Positions 51,409 to 62,218 of a DNA stretch of 64,000 nt are shown here, piece by piece. Made by a program: the position numbers and the translations under genes. The DNA lies in NCBI GenBank assembly GCA_028826165.1, contig JAPDFW010000011.1, forward strand, positions 620,001 through 684,000, given 5' to 3'. Every line of letters starts with the position of its first letter. Position 1 is the stretch's first letter. This stretch comes from Anaeramoeba ignava BMAN. Lineage: Eukaryota > Protista > Anaeramoebae. Below the pieces are notes generated by a model. It was not told the DNA's origin, did no database searches, and saw only the letters and a list, made by a program, of their open reading frames with translations.

Positions 51409-52971
51409 ATGATTGATATTCCATTTGAAACAAATTTAAATTTAAATTTAAATAAAAATTTAAATAAAAATCAAAATAAAAAAAGACAAAGAAGAAAATC
51501 AAAATTTGAAATAAAACCAAATTATGAAGAAACAATTCAAGAAGAGCAACCAATCAAATTAAGAATAACAGATGAAAATCAACCACCAAATCAAAAAGAA
51601 AAAAAACCAAGAACAAAAAGACAAAATCATTATTCAATGAAAATTGTTGTTTCAAAAGAAAATCAAAATGATAAAAAAAAAGAAGAACAAAAATAAATCC
51701 AATAATTTCAAAAAGAAAATGAACAAATACTCAAAATAAATCCAAAAAAAAGACAAAATAATTTTACATTCCAAATTCAAATTCCAACAAAAATATCATC
51801 AAGTCAAAAAAAACAAGAAAATTCACAAGAAGAACAAAAAATAATTGAACAAAAAGAAGAAAATATAAAAGATGATCCATTTTTTGATACAGAAAGTTTA
51901 ATTGATATTGATTCACAAGAAGATCAAGAAGAAAGTTTTGAAGAAAATTTAGAAAATGGAAAAATTCAAGGATTAAGTCGAATTTTTCTTTCAAGTATTT
52001 TGAATTATGGTTCAAAAAATTTTGATAAAGATTCATCACTTATTGAATCAATTACTAAAAATCTTAATCAAGAATTACAAAGTTTTCTTACAAATCGTTC
52101 ATTAAATCTTGAATTATTAAATCAAACTAAAAACACTTTATTAAATTCCAAAGTTGATTTAAAATCAAAAGTATCTTTTGTTAATCTTGAAAATCAAGAG
52201 GACAAAAAAATTCCAAGTTTGAGAATTGAAATTGAAAAGAATTCTTTATTAATGATTCAAATTTTTCTTTGTGGAAGATCATTCCAAAAAGAAAAACATA
52301 ATTGGATTCAAACAAAAATGGATCAAATAATTTTAGATTTACCAATTGTTTTAATTAATACAAAAAAACAAGAATTAATTGAAGAATCAGGAATTCTTGA
52401 ATGGATTCAAAAAAGATTTGATTGTTTGATTCATCCTTTAATATTTAGTCCAAATGAGATTATGAATTTTGTACAATTATGGACACAATATATTTATACA
52501 ATTAAATCAAAAGATTTAAATTCAAAAGCAGAATTATTAAAAGAAAAAAATATAATTGATTTAAAAGAAGAAGAAAATTCAATTGATTTAAAAGAAGAAG
52601 AAAATAATTCTCAAAGATTCATAATCCAAAATTATGAACAAAAAGATTCTCCAATTCAAAAAAAACCTTTTGCAAATCAACAATCTATTGAGTTTGTTTA
52701 TTCAATACCTTTTATTAAAGGAATTGACCAAATCAACTATTTAATTCCTTTAGATCCAATTATTTCTTTAATTGAATCTGGTTTGACTTCAAATGAAATT
52801 ATTGATTTAATTGAAAATAATTTTTATTCTCATTTTAAAATTAAAGTTACAAATCTAAATTTAATTCGTGTTTATTTCCCAGAAATTACAATTAAGAATA
52901 ATGGGAATTTAATATTTAAATGTTCTAATTTTGCAGTTTCTTTTTTATCTCATTTATTTCAAATTATTTGA
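51409..52971 (+). CDS. CENP-L-like kinetochore (CCAN) protein with low-complexity N-terminal extension; two in-frame stops at 51694-51705, probably compensating indels
   Basis: LPIVLIN...GILEWIQKRFDCLIHPLIFS...FVQLW and IENNFYSHFKIKVTNLNLIRVY...NGNLIF resemble recalled CENP-L motifs (LPLFL..G...WFQKTFDC..SPL...W; HF..HFKI.L....LVRV.....DGKIKI). ORFs 51409 and 52000 are in the same frame. Confidence 0.6.
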
Positions 52972-53088
52972 TTTAATATTTTTTTTTGTTTCTTTGTTTT
53001 TAAAAAAAAAAAGATTAAAAAACATTCAAACAAATAAATTCAATTATTTTGTTTTCTTTTTGAATTTGTTTTTTTTTAAAATTTTGTT

Positions 53089-54984
53089 TTAACAACATGA
53101 AGATTTTTCTGATTTTTTTGTAATTGAAGATTCATTTAAAGTTTCAATATCTCTTGGAATTTTTTTTGGAGTTATTGGAATTTTTTTTGCTATTTTTTTT
53201 TAATCAATTCAAAAATAAAAATAAAAATAAAAATAAAAATAAAAATAAAAATAAATTTTCTTTTTACCAATTTCAATAAAAAGATCATCAATATGATCTC
53301 CAGTTTTTGCGGAAGTTTCAAGAAAGATTATTCCTTCATCTCTTGCATAATCTTCAGCAATTTTAATTTTAACTTTTCTTTGTTCTTCCAAATCTAATTT
53401 ATTACCAACTAAAGCAATAATAACATTTGGATCTCCATGTTCTAAAATTTCATTAATCCAATTTTTAGCAATTTCAAAAGTATTCTAAAAAAAACAATTA
53501 AAATTCATTTATAAAATTCAATATTAAAATTAAAATTCAAACCATTTGAGTAATATCATAAACAATTATTGCTGCAACTGCATTTCGATAATACATTGGT
53601 GCAAGACTTCTAAATCTTTCTTGTCCAGCAGTATCCCATATTGAAAAATTTATCATATTATCTCCTACTTTTATTATTCTTTCCATACATTGTGCTATTT
53701 TTTAAATTAATATATTTAAATCAATTTAAATCAATATATTTAAATCAATATATTTAAATCAATATATTTAAATCAATATATTTAAATCAATATGGAATTT
53801 AATAATTTTAAATATATTTAAATCAATATATTTAAATCACTTAAATCAATTTGGAAATCAATATATTTAAATTAATATTTAAATCAATTTTAAATTTAAA
53901 TTAATATATTTAAATTAATATATTTAAATTAATTTAAATCAATATATTTAAATTAATATATTTAAATCAATATATTTTAAATCAATATATTTAAAATCAA
54001 TATATTTAAATCAATTTAAATCAATATATTTAAATCAATATATTTTTAAATCAATTTATTTAAATCAATATATTTAAATCAATTTAAATCAATATATTTA
54101 AAATCAATTTAAATCAATATATTTAAATCAATTTAAATCAATATATATTTAAATCAATTTAAATTATATATTTAAATAAATATATTTAAATTAATATATT
54201 TAAATCAATTTAAATCAATATATTTAAATCAATTTAAATCAATATATTTAAATCAATATATTTAAATCAATATATTTAAATCAATATATTTAAAATCAAT
54301 ATATTTTAAATTAATATATTTAAATCAATTTAGAAATCAATATAGAAATCAATTTAGAAATCAATTTAAATCAATTTTATTTAGAAATCAATTTAGAAAT
54401 TAATATATTTAAATCAATATATTTAAATCAATTTTAAATCAATTTAGAAATCATTTAAATCAATATATTTAAATTAATATATTTAAATTAATATATATTT
54501 AAATTAAATCAATATATTTAAATCAATATATTTAAATCAATATATTTAAACCAATATATTTAAATTAATATATTTAAATCAATATATTTTTAAATCAATA
54601 TATTTAAATCAATATATATGGAAATCAATATATTTAAATTAATTTAGAAATCAAATTAAAAATCAAATTTTAAATCAAATTTTAAATTAATATATTTAAA
54701 TTAATATATTTAAATCAATATATTTAAATTAATATATTTAAATTAATATATTTAAATCAATTTAAAAATCAATTTAGAAATCAAATTGGAAATCAATTTA
54801 GAAATCAAATATATTTAAATCAATTTGGAAATCAAATATATTTAAATCAATTTGGAAACAAACCTCCAATAGTTGATAATTGATAAATAAAAAATTCATT
54901 TTGAGTAAAACGAATTGCAATAGAAGTTTTTCCAACACCAGAATCTCCAAGAATAACAACTTTAGATTCACTTCTATTTTCCAT
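53089..54984 (-). CDS. Rab GTPase, Rab5/Rab22-like; 4 exons
   Basis: [18 protein letters not shown]|[38 protein letters not shown] and a C-terminal SCC* prenylation motif. The first intron (about 1.17 kb) is repeat-filled. Confidence 0.92.
53710..54860. repeat. Intronic ~14-bp array (tttaaatcaatata)n
   Basis: Fills Rab intron 1. Confidence 0.85.
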
Positions 54985-55456
54985 TTTTATTATTATTTAT
55001 TATTATTATTTATTATTATTATTTTTTTGTTTAAATAAAGCAAATAAAACTAAAAAGAAAAATAAAGGAAAAGAAAAAAATAAAAAAATAAATCAAAATT
55101 ATTTTTTATTTGCTTTTTAATCAAAAATAAATAAAAACAAATAAAACATAAAAATTATCCAATTTTTGTCTTTTAAAAAATTTCTTTTTCAATAAAATAT
55201 CAGAAATGAAAATAATTTTGAATAATAATTTAATTTCAAATTTGTTTAAATTCTAAATTTAAAAGAATTTTCAAATTGTTATTCTTTTAAAAAATGAATT
55301 ATTTTAAAGGCAAAAGAAAAAATTAAAAGGTTTTAAATAAGTCCATATTAATTACTATATATAATAAAAAATATATTTTTTATTTTTTTTTTGTTTTTTC
55401 ATTTTTTATTTTTCATTTTTTTCATTTTTAAAAAAATCTCAAAAATCAAATTTATA

Positions 55457-58089
55457 ATGACAAATTTTTCATCAATTCATTTCTATGTAAAAATGCCTGA
55501 TACAAAATTAGGAGATACAGTTCAAATTATTGGTAATTTAGAAGAATTAGGAAAGTGGAACATTTTAAAATCAATTGAACTTAAAACAAATTCTGAAGAG
55601 TAATTCAAAAATAAAAAACAAGCAGTCAAAACAAAAACTAATCTGCATAAAAACGAAATCCATTTCAATTTTACACAAAGATTCCCTATCTGGAATGTTC
55701 AAATTGATTTACCAAAAAACAAGTGGATCGAATACAAATTTATTGTTAAGAGAAATAACACTGATTTTTATTGGGAAAAAATTTCTTTTAACAGAACTTT
55801 GTTTGTTCTCAATGATATCTCCAAAAAAATTTACGCCGTTTTTGGTGTTCCTCAATCTGAAATGAATAACTTATTTTTTGCCATTCAATCTTTTAATCCA
55901 GTTGCTGTTCGTTCTTGTTTAGAAACTGGAGTAGATTCTAATAATAATGAGGTAGATAAATCTGATTGAAATTTAGTTTTAGTTTGTTTTTAAATTTAAA
56001 TATAAATTTTAATTTCAAATAGAATGTATTTTTTTTCTTGTTCCACTTTTTTTTTTGTAATTTTGAATTGAAGTTGAATTATTTGAATTTTAGAAAATTC
56101 AACCTTTACATTTAGCTTGTTCTCTTAAATGTTCTTTTGAAATTATTTCTCTTCTTCTTCGTTTTGGAGCTGATTCAAACTCAAAAAATGTTCAAAATTT
56201 ATTCCAAAAAAAATTAAAAAATAAAACTAAAAATTTTTATTTTTTAATTTCAAAATAATTTTTGTTATTGAATTCAAGAATGTAAATGAACAAAGAAGAT
56301 AAAGAATCAGAAATTTTGATTTCAATTTCAAAATGAATTGAATTTTAGATTGTAAATTAAATTAATTTGACAAAATGAAGAAAATATTTTATTTAAAATA
56401 GATCTTCTTATTAACAGAAAGTAAAATTAAAAAACAAAAAAGGAAATTCTTTCATTTTTAATCAAATTTTAATTAATTCAAAAAGGATGTATTTATTTAT
56501 TTATTAATTATTTAAACAGAAAAAAGGGATAAATTTAGTTTTTTTTTTTAGACAGTAATCCACTTTTTTTATTCCAAAAATAAATAATTGAAAAAATATC
56601 TTTTTTTCTCTTTAAATACAAAAAAAAGGTTGTTTCACCATTACATATTGCAATTAATAATCACTCAAAATTAGATGTTATATCTTTATTAATTTCTTAT
56701 GGAGCTGATGTTAATTCACTTGGAGTAAAGCTTTCCAAAAGAAATATTCATAAAAAAATTTTTAATCCAAATTCATTTCTTTTTCTTTTTCTTTTTCTTT
56801 TTCTTTTCTTTTTAAAAAAGCAAGTAAATATTAGAAATCAATTCATTAATATCATTTTTACAATTTTCTTTTAGAAAGTTGGATTATTTTTGTTTATATT
56901 TCTGGATATATTTTTTTATCTAATTTTTCTTTTGTTTAGAAAGTGGAATTTGATTTTAATTTCTAAAAAAGAAAAATAATCACTAATTAAATAATTTTTA
57001 ATACAAAAAAAGGATGTAAAAAATCTTTCTCGAATTATTTTCTTTTTTAATTTTTCAATATTAATTTTTAATTTTAATATCAGAATGTAAAATTTCATTT
57101 CAGAAAAAAAAGAATTAATTTCTGAAAAAAATTTTTTTAAAGATTAGATTTTCTCTTGTTTGCATCTTGCTTGTCAAAAAGAATCAGATTTTCCAATAAT
57201 TCGAAAACTTGTAGAATCTGGAGCTAATATTTTAAGCAAAGATTTAGTATAAAAATTATTGAAAAATTTAAAATTGATTTTAATTAATTAATTTTATATT
57301 TAGAATGTGATTTTTTTTTATAATCATTTAACAAAAAAAGAATTTTTATTGGAAATGATTTTTTTTTTATTCATTTAGGGAAAAAAACCTGTTGATTATT
57401 GCAATGATCCCTTTATTCAAATATATCTCAATTCTTATTCTTCATTAGTTGGTGATTTTGAAAAATTATATTATTCTGATAAGTTTTGCGATTTTGAAAT
57501 TTATTTGGATAACAGATGCTTTCAATTCCATAAATTGATTTTAGAAATGAGATTAGGAAGAGATAATTTGCAACATTTTCTTGATATTTTAAGTCATATG
57601 TCTGAAATTGAATTGGATTTTTTAATGAAATTTATTTATTTCGGAAACTTTGATTTTTCATCCAAAAATTTGATTGAAAATTTTTGTGAAAATTTAAAAT
57701 TGGGATCTTTTTTAGAAATGACAGGAAGAAAAGGAATTATAAAAAGTTTAGAAAAACTTTATTATGAAGATGAAAGAAAAGATTTCACTATTTTTTGCCA
57801 AGAACAACAATTCAAAGTTCATAAATTGGTTGTTTTTACACGTTCAAAAACTATTCAAAAATTGCTTCTTAAGGATTCAAGTATTGATTGTTTTGTTTGT
57901 GAAGAAAAATTCCAAGAAGTTTTTATGATTGCATTTATCAAATATTTATATCTTGATGATTTTGAAATTTCTATAGAAAAATTTAATCAAGATTTAGAAA
58001 AAGCTCAAAAAGTTTTTGGATTGAATGAATTTTCTATTTTACGTTATAAATTGTCAAAATTAGAAGAAGAATTTTTTTTGAAAAATTAA
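55457..58089 (+). CDS. CBM20 - ankyrin - tandem BTB protein; exons 55457-55599, 55681-55951, 56094-56189, 56629-56724, 57148-57246, 57379-58089
   Basis: CBM20: TKLGDTVQIIGNLEELGKWN...FPIWNVQIDLP...IEYKFI...YWE...NR. ANK exons PLHLAC, PLHIAI and CLHLAC, each ending in a GA(D/N) turn. BTB FCDFEI...FHKLILEMR and DFTIF...FKVHKLVVFTRS. All junctions are GT-AG and in frame. Confidence 0.8.
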
Positions 58090-58182
58090 AAGCAAAAAAG
58101 TGGAATAAAAATGATTTTTTTTTTCAATTTTCATTTTCATTTTTTTTCATTTTTTTTTTAATTTAGTTTTTTAAAAAAAAAA

Positions 58183-60105
58183 ATGAAACCTTTAAAAAAT
58201 AAAAACCAACAAAAATTCCAGTTTAAATATATGAGTCCTCATATTAAATCACCAAGTATTATTTGAAAAAAAAAGAAAAATTAAAAAAAAAAAATTTTAA
58301 ATTAAAAAAAAATTTTCAAATTAAAAGAGCAAGTTGAATATTCAATTACAAGAAGTTTAAGTTATACAACAACTCCATTAAAAGAAATCATAGCAAATTA
58401 TTCAGAAATTTCACAAAGCAATTTATGCAAAAAATCTGTACTAAAAACAATTTTTAAAACAATTTTAAAAACAATTTTAAAAACAATTTTAAAAACAATT
58501 TTAAAAACAATTTTAAAAACAATTTTAAAAACAATTTTAAAAACAATTTTAAAAATAATTCTAAAAACAATTTTAAAAACAATTTTAAAAACAATTTTAA
58601 AAACAATTTTAAAAACAATTTTAAAAGCAATTTTTAAAACAATTTTAAAACAATTTTAAAAACAATTTTAAAAACAATTTTAAAAACAATTTTAAAAACA
58701 ATTTTAAAAACAATTTTAAAAACAATTTTAAAAACAATTTTAAAAACAATTTTAAAAACAATTTTAAAAACAATTTTAAAAACAATTTTAAAACAATTTT
58801 AAAAACAATTTTAAAAACAATTTTAAAAACAATTTTCAAAACAATTTTAAAAACAATTTTAAAAAAATTTTAAAAACAATTTTAGTTTCGTTTTGAATGG
58901 AAAAAAGAACCAAAAAATGTTCTTATTATTAAAAAATGGAAAGATGAAAAAACAACAAAAATGGCGATTGAATTGATTAATTATCTAAAAAAATTACATT
59001 TAATTGTTTATATTGAACCATCTACTTCAAATGAATTAAAAGAAGGAATTCCTTTTACAGAAAGTATAAAATGAACAAAATTAAAATTAAATAAGAAATA
59101 AAAATAAAAATTAAAATCAAAATCAAAAAATAAAAAGCACAAAAATCTAATTTAAATGAACTTATCGATCTTTTAATTATTATTGGAGGAGATGGAACAG
59201 TTTTACATGCATGTACTTTATTCCCACAACAAGAACTCCCTCTTCTTTTAGCATTTCATTATGGAACTTTAGCTTTTTTTTCGGTTTTTGGTTTGTTAAC
59301 AAAAAGAAAGAAAAAAAAAAATTTTTTTTTTCACCTTTTTGATCAATTAGGGAAAAATAACGGTCTATTTAATTTTTGAATTGACAACTTTTTTTTTGAT
59401 TTTATTTTCTTAGATTTTAAAGAGTATCCTAAGCAAATCAAGACTGTTTTAAAGGGGAATTTTGAAGTGACTGTGAGAGCAAGATTATTAGGCCAAGTTT
59501 ATTCTGAAGAAAAAAAACTCAAAACAGAATATGAATGTTTAAATGAGTTTGTTATAAGTCGAGATGGTCCGTGGCTTTCTCGATTAGATTGCTATTGCGA
59601 TGATACTTTTTTCACAACAATCCAAGCAGATGGGATCATCATTTCGGCGCCTTCTGGATCAACAGCGTATTCCAAATCTGCTGGAGGACCGATGGTTTGT
59701 CCAAATGTTCCAGGAATTTTATTTACTCCAATTTGTGCTCATTCTTTATCCAATCGCCCTTTAGTTTTTCCTGATTGTGCTGTGATAACAATACATATTC
59801 CTAATACAAGTCGTTCTGAAAGTGCTATAATTTCAGTTGATGCTAAAAAACAAGGGAAATTACTTAGAGGAGATTATATTGTTATTACAACTCATAAGTT
59901 TTCTTTGCCTTGTGTTAATAAAATTAATACAAATACTGATTGGGTTACTGGAATTTCTGCAATTCTGCATTGGAATAATTTGATTTCTCAACCTGATTTA
60001 CAATTTCGTTCTTTTGATCATTTTGAAAATATTGAAAATTCAAGTGATTTAGATTCTGATGATCATTTGGGAAGTGATGATGGAAGAAATGAAGATTTGG
60101 ATTAG
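58183..60105 (+). CDS. NADK: NAD(+) kinase; multi-exon
   Basis: IIIGGDGTVLHA, GTLAFF, LNEFVI.R and DGIIISAPSGSTAYSKSAGG...PICAHSLSNRP. Confidence 0.93.
58440..58885. repeat. Intronic 12-bp array (aattttaaaaac)n
   Basis: Near-perfect array inside a NADK intron. Confidence 0.9.
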
Positions 60106-60129
60106 TTTTTTTTTGAATCCATTTAATAA

Positions 60130-62100
60130 AAGATTTAAATTAATATTCAAATCTATTTTATATTAATATTTAATTATAAATTAATATAAAAATATAATTT
60201 ATAAATAATCTATAATTTAAATAATATTTTTATTATTAAAAAATTAAATAAAAAATTAAATAAAATATTAAATCAATTTTATAAATATTTAATTTATTTT
60301 ATATTTATTTATTATAAATTAAATAAAAATATATTTTTAAATAATCTATAATTTAAATAATATTTTAATTATTAAAAATTAAAAAAAATAAAAATTTTAG
60401 TATAAAAAATATTTTTAAATAATTTTATTAAAAATATTTTTAAAATTAAAAATTAAAATAAAAATTAAATAAAATATTTAATCAATTTTATATTAATATT
60501 CAAATCAATTTTATATTAATATTTAATTATAAATTAATATAAAAATATAATTTATAAATAATTTATAAATTTAAATAATATTTTTATTATTAAAAAATTA
60601 AATAAAAAATTAAATAAAATATTTAATTAATTTTATATTAATATTTAAATTTATTTTATATTAATTATTTAATTATAAATTAATATAAAAATATAATTTA
60701 TAAATAATTTATAATTTAAAATATTTTTATTATTAAAAATTAAATTTAAATAAAAATTTAATAAATAATATTTTTATTATTTAAAAAATTAAATAAAAAT
60801 TAAATAAAAAATTTAATATTTTTTTTATTATTAAAAATTAAATAAAAATTAAATAAAAAAATTTATTTTATATTAATATTTAGATATATTTTATATTAAT
60901 ATTTAATTATAAATTAATATAAAAATATAATTTTATAAATAATTTATAAATTTAAATAATATTTTTATTATTAAAAATTAAATAAAAATTAAATAAAATA
61001 TTTAATTAATTTTATATTAATATTTAGATTTATTTTTATATTAATATTTAATTATAAATTAATATAAAAATATAATTTATAAATAATTTATAAATAAAAT
61101 TTAAATAATATTTTTATTATTAAAAATTAAATAAAAATTAAATAAAATATTTAATTAAATTTTATATTAATATTTAAATCTTTTATTTTATATTAGCTAT
61201 TTAATTATAAATTAATATAAAAATATAATTTATAAATAATTTATAATTTTAAATAATATTTTTATTATTAAAAATTAAATAAAAATTAAATAAAATATTT
61301 AATTAATTTTATATTAATATTCAAATCAATTTTTATATTAATATTTAATTATAAATTAATATAAAAATATAATTTTATAAATAATTTATAAATTTAAATA
61401 TTATTTTTATTATTAAAAATTAAATAAAAATTAAATAAAATATTTAATTAATTTTATATTAATATTCAAATTTATTTTTATATTAATATTTAATTATAAA
61501 TTAATATAAAAATATAATTTTATAAATAATTTATAAATTTAAATATTATTTTTATTATTAAAAATTAAATAAAAATTAAATAAAATATTAAATCAAATTT
61601 ATATTAATATTTAGATTTATTTTATATTAATATTTAATTATAAATTAATATAAAAATATATTTTATAAATAATTTATAAATTTAAATAATATTTTTATTA
61701 TTAAAAATTAAATAAAAAATTAAAATAAAATATTAAATCAAATTTATGTTAATATTCAAATCTATTTTATATTAATATTTTAATTATAAATTAATATAAA
61801 AAATATAATTTATAAATAATTTATAATTTAAATAATATTTTTATTATTAAAAATTAAATAAAAATTAAATAAAAATATTAAATCAAAAATTTATATTAAT
61901 ATTCAAATTTATTTTATATTAATATTTAATTATAAATTAATATAAAAAAATATAATTTATAAATAATCTATAAATTTAAATAATATTTTTTTATTAAATT
62001 AAAAATTAAAATAAAAAAATTTAATTAAAATATTTAATCAATTTTATATTAATATTTATTTTAATATATTTTATATATATTTATAAATATTTATTTTATT
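60130..62100. repeat. AT-rich satellite, unit about 145 bp
   Basis: Anchor atttaattataaattaatataaaa recurs at about 60901, 61046, 61199, 61343, 61488, 61632, 61778 and 61924. Confidence 0.85.
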
Positions 62101-62218
62101 AAAAATAAATAAAAATAAATAAAAAAAATTATTTTAATTAATATTCAATATATTTTTATTTTTATAAAAATTTTCCTTTTTCATTTTTCATTTTTCTTTT
62201 TCATTTTTTTTTTATAAA

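Noticed and set aside
3638-54984. Functional endolysosomal cluster (BEACH, RMC1, tepsin, Rab5-like)
   Set aside because: The genes are interspersed with unrelated ones and trafficking genes are common. Nothing here shows co-regulation.
3638-60105. Additional inteins in the BEACH, kinase, SF3B2 or NADK genes
   Set aside because: I found no unexplained in-frame insertion with C/S...HN-[C/S/T] ends in these proteins.
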